A stretch of DNA of 64,000 nt from Bugula neritina (Eukaryota > Animalia > Bryozoa). Shown piece by piece: positions 54,602 through 64,000 of the stretch. The notes beneath the pieces were generated by a model. The model was not told where the DNA came from and did no database searches. It saw only the letters and a program-made list of their open reading frames with translations. The translations under genes were made by a program, and so were the position numbers. Position 1 is the first letter of the stretch. The number at the start of each line of letters is the position of its first letter. The DNA lies in contig OZ037772.1 of assembly GCA_964035545.1 (NCBI GenBank), forward strand, positions 5,336,233 through 5,400,232. Direction: 5' to 3'.

Positions 54602-55534
54602 TAGAATCTAGAGAGATTACTTTCAAGGTTTTGCAATGAGAGTGACATTATGCTTTAATGAAATTCCAAAAATGTTGCAGAACAATGAGCAGAATAGAAG
54701 ACCTCTTTTTTAATTGTTTTACATTTAAATTGACATAACGCACATTGACTCTGGGTTATGTTGCTTAATCAGTTGTATGATAACATTTTAATACAAAGTA
54801 GTTAGTACTAATTACACACACGCACACGCACACGCACGCGCACGCATGTAATTTTCTAATATTAGTGTATATATACCCTATGTCTGATGAAACCTAATGC
54901 GAGTAAAAAAATTTAATGCTTTTAAATAACAATTCAGAGAATATGCTTAAATTAGCCCATTTGTTTATTAGAAACTATATACTTATAGAAAGCAACATAA
55001 CAAAAATTTTTAGTGCTTCAGAAGTTGAGTGTTTTATTTAGAAATTAAAAGCTTTTGTCATGATAAAATGCAGCTACATTTATATAATATACATAGAAAT
55101 ACAAGTATGAATACGAAAACTAATATTATGAATAAGAAACTAAATATAAATATACAGCAAATATAATTATCAGCATAAGTATAAATATAAATATTCAGAA
55201 GCAAGGTTAAACTTTGTATATAAATTTAACTAATAATAATGATGCTTTTAGACATTATTGCATATATATTGGAATTTTTCAAGTATATTTTATTCATCAT
55301 CTGCCTGGTTCGGTCAATAAAATATCTGACCTTTTCTGTGTTTCAAAAGAATAAAGCACGTGCATTAGGAAAAGTTTAACTCTATGCTGAAGATTGAAGC
55401 AATAGTGTTATCTATGCAAATTAAAAGCTCAGTATCATTAATATTAATTTTTTAAAGTTAGATTTAAAGCCAATTTTTCTAAACCAATTTTTTATAAATA
55501 AATAAAGGTGTTCTGGCTGTATAAAAAGTGTTTT

Positions 55535-58033
55535 TCAACTAAGTTGTATCAGTATCTCCAATCCATGGATTTCCATCTCGTAGATGTTCAATCTATCATA
55601 TACTGCAACAGCTGTTACTTTCACATATCTACCATACATTCTAGTACAACATGTAACCAGAAATATATCTGCAGGTGGTTGTCCAGGAAGGTAGTCACAG
55701 ATCTCATCTTCTGGTGGATCATCAAAGTTAGCGTCAGTTTCACCAACTGTTACTCTCACGTTTGCCAGTCGATCAATAGCAACTGTAAAAAGGATTAATT
55801 TAGTTTCCATAACTCTAAGTTTCTTAGATCTGCTGGAATAAATTTTTTTCTAGATTTACGATATAGTCTTTTATATAACTATCTAAGTGCAGCCGGTCAT
55901 TAATTAAATATTAATTTAAATCATCTTATAAAAAGTAGCAAAAAGTAAGTCCTAATTATGACAAAAATGAGCTTCGCAATATTCGCTCCTAGATTCCGTA
56001 TTAATGACAAATTTGCTAGCTGTAATTGTATTAATCTAAAGACAAGTTTTGAGTAGTTCAGTTGGAAGAATACATGCAAGTAAATTTGCAAATAAAACTT
56101 TGAATTGACCTTGTTGGAAAATATACTCCAAATAAACTTAATTCAAATCATTGGGCCTCCCAAGTGCATCTGTACGGTCCTCTATGTCATATGTCATGTG
56201 TCATATGTCATGTGTCATGTGACATATGTCATGTGTCATATGTCACGTGTCAGAGATGATGTGTCATATGTCATGTGTCATATGTCATGTGTCATATGTC
56301 ATATGTCATGTGTCAGAGATGATGTGTCATATGTCATGTGTCATATGTCATGTGTCATATGTCATGTGTCAGAGATGATGTGTCATATGCCATGTGTCAT
56401 ATGTCATGTGTCAGTGATGATGTGCAATATATGTGACATGCATTCTTTTGGCTATATGTGACGAATATCACTTGCAACATGACATGTTCTACAAGTATTT
56501 TGTGGCCATTCACAAAACTATTTTTTTTAAGAATACAATGTTTTTTCAATTTACTGCAATATGGATGTTTAGATTACTAGTTGATGTTTATATTTTATAC
56601 ATACGTCATTTGCCACTAGAAAGACAATTGTTTCTTTAAATTATATAATCATTTCTTTTTCAAATTTAAAAGACCTTGAGATGAAGTTTCTGATCTGTTC
56701 CAGATTTTGACACCATAAACAAAGTGCTTAGTGAGAAGATCAATCTGTATCCATGGAGGCCGTTCCCATTTTGTGTGGGCAAGGCTATTGCCCTCAGGTA
56801 TGTTCCACTGAGAAGGAAGATAAATTCCATCAATGGCATGATCACCAACGTACTTTGAGTGTGTTGAGGATAACTTGGCAAACTTTCCTGCCAAAAAACA
56901 TAGCACGATGACAAAATACTTTCCATAATTTTAAAACATTCTAATTTTTTTTGAAACAAGTTTTTGCACTTACTGAAAAGCTTTAGTTTTAAAATTCATT
57001 ATATTTTTATGTCGATAACTACTTATAAAAAAACATATAATTGAAGTCGACCATGCTTATATAACTGAACTCATTTAGATTTCCAAGTAGCACAAATACT
57101 GTTAAACTTTTTAGTCGCCTCACAATATTTTGTGCCTTGGGTCACCAATTCTTTTTTAAGTTTACATAGTAAATAATTTCGAAAGCCTCTTACAGTTTTC
57201 CAGTTGTAAGGATACAACATATCTCGTACCTCTTGTGAGTAAAGTTGAGAATGCATAAACCTGAATGTCTTCAAAGTGAATCCGTTTGACAGTTGTTTGT
57301 TTCTCAATGTCAATTGAGTTGTCAATTACTGTCGGTGTTTCTGACATCTTGCAGGTGCTCGTGACTTCATCATATGACACAGCAGCACATGATTGGTTGG
57401 CTGCACAAACAGACAGACAGTGTTTGTGAGTGGGAAGGTATTTCATGTTGTGTGTCTCCAAGATATGAGAATAGTTTTGGTTGGTGTACACATCAGTTGC
57501 TGGAACAGACATTATGTACAGATGAATATAGCGAGGATATTAACTACTTTCTATATTTAGGGTGTTTAAACACTAATTTAATACAGCATAATAACCAATG
57601 TTATTTCAGAGTTAAATGTCTGCAATAAGTGTAAAAAAAATTAAATTGCATTGCAACTTTGATGACCCCTATATAGCACAGTTTATTATTTCATATCTTT
57701 GGGTTTTATCCCAGTTGCATTAGAAAAAGGGTTTTCACATGCATATAGAACAGCAATCAACTATATAACACTATCTGTATCACTCTAAAGCATGTCTAAC
57801 AAGCCAAGAATTAGTTTATTTTTTGTATGCATGGGTAAATAAGTTTAAATAAAGATTTCAATTGTATCAAGTAACCTGATTAGGATACAATTATTTCATT
57901 TTGAAGATATTAAACTTATCTATTTTTCAAGTAAATTTTGGCATTGCATAATAAATGAAACAAACTTACTGCATGAACAGCCAGCTGGAACAACCAAGTG
58001 AAGCAAAACCAGAATCACATTTATCCAAACCAT
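55535..58033 (-). CDS. Secreted PAN/Apple + F-type lectin protein (L4, ~264 aa)
   Basis: Exons 57970-58033 (MVWINVILVLLHLVVPAGCSC), 57230-57499 (HCLSVCAANQSCAAVSYD..TC), 56675-56887 (HAIDG..SLAHT..PWIQIDL..WNRSE), 55535-55782; 795 nt in frame. Confidence 0.9.
56184..56440. repeat. Heptamer-based satellite (TGTCATA/TGTCATG)
   Basis: Tandem 7-mers with a higher-order GTCAGAGATGAT insertion; lies in L4 intron 3. Confidence 0.88.
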
Positions 58034-59451
58034 CTTTGTCTAGTTCTAGTAATCATGTGTCCAGGTACAACTGCTAATTATTGTATCACAGTGGGTCTCT
58101 AGGTTTAGCAACATTAATATTTAAGAGCCTGTTTTTAATTTTCAATGCATGCTTAAAAATTAATAGCAGAACTTTGGAGAAAATATATAAACCATTTTGT
58201 GAGAAGTATATATGAAGCTTCATTAATTACTGATTAACCTCTGGTCCAATATTACTCTCACACACTTATTTGACACTCAGGGATTTGGTTCATATAAAAT
58301 CGTTCATTGAAAGTGTCTTTTATTATCAATTTTTTTTGATAAATAACTTAGTAATTAAGTGGGCAGAAGTTCTTTGATAATAATTTTCTTTTGTATATAT
58401 AGCATACTATAGGTTACATTTTCATTCACTGTAAATTCATCATATTGTCTTTTAAACTGAACATTTGTTCCCAGGTGATGAATCTAATTAATAAATTATA
58501 TCAAGCGGTAATCAGGTGCTAAGCTAAAACTCAAACCTGAACGATCAATAACCCTACTGCATGATTGCCATGGTGTGCATTCTTCACACGATTGAAACAT
58601 TGCATCGAGTTTGTATGATAATATATATGGTTTATTTTAATGTTAGTTGAGCAATGAATGCATGGGTAGTTTTTTTTATTTATTGTATAAGTTTAAATAA
58701 TTTTAGAAACTTTTTATTGTTTCTCTGCATTATATGTGAATTTTTGTTAAATATATTCTTCAAATGTTTGTGCCGATAAATAATTATGCCTCTTATATAT
58801 AGATCTCTATAATTACAAACCCAATAATTTGCATGGCATATATTACTTTCAAAAATTGCCCATTTCTCTGAATCATCATCAAAAAAACTATTTTTTTCAA
58901 CATGATTATATAGATTCCAATCTTACTAGAATAGGATCTTTACATTATTGGTAGTCTTCCTGGATTTCTCAAAATTCTCAAGAGTGACAGCTAGGTCCAA
59001 ACTCATCTAGAAGCATTTATCTGAACCATCAAGATCAATATTCTGGAAAGAAAAGAGTTTATCTATGACTGCAAACTTAGCCCCAAATTCTGCCAGACTA
59101 TATAAATGATTGGACAAAATCTTTTAAAATTGGCCAAGAGCTTAATTATTTATATGTTGCACAGGGGCAATTATGACTAGATGCTTTTACTAGGATCCCT
59201 GCTGGGGTTGGACTCAAACCACTGATTTATTGTTATCACTCTAATCATTACATAACAAATGCTACATCACTAATTTTCTTTTGCTGTACATACAAATAAA
59301 TTCATTATTTGATGCTTTGGAAAGTTGTGTTGAGTACAACCAAAACATTAGGCTAATATAAAACACAACTATACAAATCCTTTTGTACAAATAGAATTGA
59401 AGCAATAGGAATGAAATGCATGCCATGCACTTGGTAAACTATACAATGGTG

Positions 59452-59745
59452 TTGTGTAAAATGGCACCGCTAAAAATAGCACAGGTAAAAGAAACTTACG
59501 GCAAAAATGGCAAGGGTGAAAGAGCACATATGCAATATTATAGAGTTTAGGGTGGGACTGGGTGCTCAGGATGGGGGGTTCAGGTTTAGGAATAGGGGTT
59601 TGAGTTTGGGTTTTGAGTTGAGGATTTGAATTTGAGGTTTGGGAACGTTTAGAATTTCTTTCTAACTTTCCATATTGTATGCCTTTATATTACCTGTGCC
59701 ATTATTACTTGTGCCATTATTACTTGTGCCGTTTTTACTTGAAAC
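59452..59745. repeat. Palindromic dispersed repeat with a telomere-like core, copy 2
   Basis: gtaaaatggcac..aaaaatggcaa..tttagggt..gggtttgagtttgggttt..gtgccattattac..gtgccgttttta. Confidence 0.65.
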
Positions 59746-60568
59746 CGTAAACTACAGTAGGAGAAAATTAATTATTTAGAAGACGTCATATGTACAGCTT
59801 TTTGGCTTTTCTTGACATCAAAGAATAAATTAGAACTGAATATGTATGCTCTAATACATAGCATTATTTTGTACAGGAAATTATTGGTAGCTAAAAATCG
59901 TATGCACTCACTATAATCATATGTTTAAATTAATCAAATAATAAATGAGACAAAGTAACCTGTGTCCCAAGAGATACATTGAATTATTAGATGATACAAC
60001 TAGAAAATTTGAAACATCTTTGTAATCAACAACTTGACTGCTGAAGCACAAAGCAGGTTGTATATAGCTACTGCTTCTAAACATCAGTAAACTGCAATAG
60101 CCTTTCATTTACAAATAATAGTTTTATTGAAATGCACATAAAGCATAGTTTGTTATAACAAACAAAAATAAATTTCGTACCATTTTTTGCTTTCAAAGAT
60201 AGCTTTGCTGAAAAGGGAAATGTTGTTGTACTTATTTACTATGACATTGATTAGTGGTAAACAATAAATTGTTTAAAAAAAATTCAAGTAAATTTATAGT
60301 TGTTATCCTTGTTTGAAACCCCTGACGGAAAGGGTTTTGGTAAAGCGGGCTATGAACCTATTTAAAGGAGGAGTAAGAACAAATATGACTGGATGTTTTT
60401 TAGATGCAGCTAGTATGTGCAATGCTAACTATAATATAATTACATCTAATGAAAAGGTGTATTTTCTTCTAGCAAAGTATATCCCTGCAGCTTGGAATAA
60501 ACAAATATCTAATTTCACAAAGCCAATAAAGTTTTAAACCTAAAGTTGCTACAACATGTTCAAAACTT

Positions 60569-62053
60569 CTAATTTATTCCAACAATTTCTAACCCATGGA
60601 TTTCTAACTCATAGATGTTGAGCATGTCATCCACTTCAACAGCTGTCACTCTCACGTATCTACCATACATTCTAGTTTGACATGTAACCAGAAATATATC
60701 TGCAGGTGGTCGTCCAGGAAGGTAGTTACAGATCTCATCTTCTGGTGGATCATCAAAGTTAGTGTCAGTTTCACCAACTGTTACTCTCACATTAGCCAGT
60801 CTGTCATTGACAACTACAAGATAAATAACTCTTACATTTGCTAGTCTTTGGACTGAAACTGCAAGCAAAACCTCATGTTATTATTTTTCTAGTTTCATAG
60901 TGAAATATGTAACATTATTTCAATGAGAACATAGCTCCTTCCGTATAATATAAAGTCTGAGAGTAAAGCAACAAATTCATGTTTCAGAAACATTTATTTT
61001 TTACAATCACATTATAAAGAAATAATTTCGGCTGACTTTTCCACTGAATTAAACTTTAAAAATCCTATAGCATTTGATATATTTGCTTGACATATATTAT
61101 ATGTAATTCAAATATTTGTTCCTTTACTCTTAGACTTTATTTGAAGTAAATTTATTGTTTGCATATAGCTCAGTAAAATATTTAGGTGTCTTTTGAGCAC
61201 TCAAAAGATTCTTTACTTTTTCTTTTTGCAGAATGAGCTTATATACAGATTGGACTTACTATGACAAACTGTTGTAACTTGCATCTACAATCTTATGCTA
61301 ATGAGATATGCCATGTTTCAAAAAACGAATGAATCATAATCATTCATGATATATCATGTGCATGTTTGGTGTTGTAATATCTCACTTGCATGTGACATGG
61401 ATCACATGGCTAGGTCAAGTGTCATGTATCATGCGATAGGGATAATATGACATGCGTCAAGTGTCTTGTGACATGTGTAAGGTGACACATGTGACAAGTG
61501 TGTGTGTGCGTGTGTGTGTGCGTGTGCGTGTGCGCGTGCGTGTGCGTGTGCGTGTGTGCGTGTGTGTGTTTTATTTCATCATAATATAGTGTTTTACAAC
61601 TAGCATAAGTTACAAGAGCAGACAAACAATTAGAAATGCAATATAGTAACAAATAACGGTATATAAAAATATAGCTGTCGGAAGTGATGATGAGGCCTGC
61701 AGTGCGAAATAGCATGGCTAGTGGTACGGGGGCCCAATGTTGGCATAACCATACAAGGCACCACAGATCACTCAACAGAGTGGAGGTGATGCCTCAATTC
61801 CGTTTTAAATTTACCAAGTGGCTGTACAATCTTTAAAAGTTTAGGCAACTTATTCCACAGTGCAGATATTACAAAGTTGGAGGTGCATTGACCAGCAAAT
61901 GAGGAATAAAATGGAACAGGAAGAGATTGCAACTGATGACGTGTAGTAGAGTGAGAGTGTGTCGAAAAGCTTCCTGAATAGTAGATTTTATGAGCTTTAA
62001 TTAGCAGTTTGTACTTGTGACATTGGCACCTTTAATGCTCCAGATGTGAGTAA

Positions 62054-62096
<43 letters not shown>

Positions 62097-63579
62097 ATTG
62101 TTTACAGTATTATACTGAGAACCTAAAAACCTGAAATAGATTATTTGCATCTGTTCCAAATTTTGACACCGTATACAAAGTGATGAGTATGGAGATCCAC
62201 TTGTATCCATGGAGATAACTCTCTGTCTGTGTGAGCTATGCTTGTGTGTTCAGGATGATTATGCTGAGATGGCAGATAAAAGCCGTCAATAGCTTTCTCA
62301 CCAAGGTAGTAAGCACTAAATTCAGTGGACAGATCAACTTTGTTACCTAAAATGCAGCCATAAGCAAGTCTAGTAAAACTTTAGTTTTGTAATTTGTTGC
62401 ATTATCAAACTTTTGAATTATTAATAAAAACTTTTATAGCTTTTCTCTAAAAAAACCTTTATATACTTTTATACTTCAGTTATATGTTGTTTATTTTAAG
62501 GTAGCTATCTTTATTTATTTTCCTTGGCCTTCAATTAGTGGAGGAAGATAACAAACTCTGAAATTATTTTGATTGACTTGCTAATTAATAATGGGTGCAG
62601 GCAAAAGTTTTTTGCAATTCAACATTTTGTAGTATGCCTTAAAGCACCCTGCATGTTCTTAGAGTCAGTCTGACTATCAACCCTTGAACCTATGTAAGCT
62701 TTTTTATGTTATTTTAGATAGCAGCAAATATAATAAAGACTTTCAAGCATCAATTTTTTTTACAAACTCACAGCATATATATATTTGTTTCTAAAATGAG
62801 TCTGTAAATTCATTGTCTAGATTGTCTGTCTCTCACCTCTAGCAAGCAACATTGAGAACTCATAAATCTCAATGTCATCAGAGTGAATCAGTTTGACAGA
62901 TGCTATTTCCTTAGTGTCAGTTGAGTTTACAATCACATTTGATGTTCTTGACATCTTGCAGGTGCTTGTAGCTCTCTCATATGACACAGCAGCACATGAT
63001 GTGTTGATTGCACAAACAAACAGACAGTGTTGGTGTGTGGGAAGGTATTTTGTGTTGTGTATTTCCAGTAAGGACGAATAGTTCTGGTTAGTGTACACAC
63101 CTATTGCTGAAACAGATGTAACATAATTATAACATATGAAATAAGTTTTATAATGATCATAATTCAAAGTCCAACTTTTATGGTAAACTAAATGTAATAA
63201 TGCAAACTCAATAAGGAAACAGTATGTCTTGCAGGTTTTTTTTAAATATAACTCTGCGCAAACAAAGAAACAGAAATTACAATCTGGCAACTAACATAAA
63301 CAAATAAAATTACCTCAAATTGTAAACTGCTTTATGTGCAGGAAAATAGCAATACATTGAGTAACGGAGTTATGTTGGTCATAGAATTTAACACAGCTGA
63401 GCTCGACAAATATTAACTGACATTATGTAGTTAAAAAAGAAACATGCTATAGTGAATTTCATTTTTTGTCTAGTTTGTTTTTTTTCAGTATTATTAAATT
63501 AAGCAAACTTACTGCATGAACAACTAGCCTGAACAACCGTGAGCAACAAAACCAGAATTTCATTTATCCAACCCATCAT
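60569..63579 (-). pseudogene. PAN + F-type lectin copy L5 with an in-frame premature stop (pseudogene or truncated allele)
   Basis: Exons 63513-63579, 62837-63106, 62131-62346, 60569-60813 (alternative acceptor gives 60858). Exon 3 reads KIWNRCK*SIS with TAA at 62141-62143. Exons 1-2 are closely paralogous to L4. Confidence 0.8.
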
Positions 63580-64000
63580 TGTCTAGCTCTAGTAATCTTG
63601 TGTCCAGGTACATCTGTTGATTGCAGAATGTATGAACTGTCTCGCATTACAGCTGCAACTTAATTGGCAACCATTAATATTTAATAAACTTTTTTCCCAC
63701 TGGGTAACTTAACAGTTTTTGTATAATCCTTTGCAATAGGTATTGTATCGGTTTGTGTTTGTGTCTGGTTGCAAGATATGCTTTAACTACTAGCCAACTT
63801 GGCAACAGGTTTTCGAGTTTATTAACTGTCAAATCGTACCCTATAAAATGGGAAACATTAGAAATTGTATAAATAAGTAGTCACAATATAAATCAAAATT
63901 CAGAGGAACACTATGAATATTACAGAACCAAAAAATTGACATGAACTATTGTAATTCTAATAAACTTACAATATTGATGCGTGGATAAAAATCTTAGCCA

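Overview
AT-rich, intron-rich animal genomic DNA; an invertebrate is inferred from the gene and repeat content, and the species cannot be determined here. Genes were assembled by hand from GT-AG boundaries with consistent phase. Left half: the 5' part of a neuropathy target esterase / swiss cheese (PNPLA6/7) gene on - (70-14201, runs off the left edge); head-to-head with it, a 5-exon DDAH-family gene on + (16604-20832) whose catalytic Cys is replaced by Ala; then a ~548-aa coiled-coil plus Ser-rich gene of unknown function (27285-32134). Right half (36.2-63.6 kb, all on -): a tandem array of secreted PAN/Apple + F-type lectin (fucolectin) genes. It holds three intact copies, one copy with a premature stop, and one orphan two-exon lectin-domain cassette; the predicted sugar-binding loops vary while the last exon is nearly homogeneous. 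Embedded in the array is a 7-exon type I membrane protein with two Ig-like domains that the ORF track largely misses. Together these look like a diversifying recognition locus (inference). Repeats include tRNA-derived SINEs, hAT-type MITEs with 8-bp TSDs, RTE, Penelope and Gypsy remnants, a perfect (CA)647 tract and many minisatellites.
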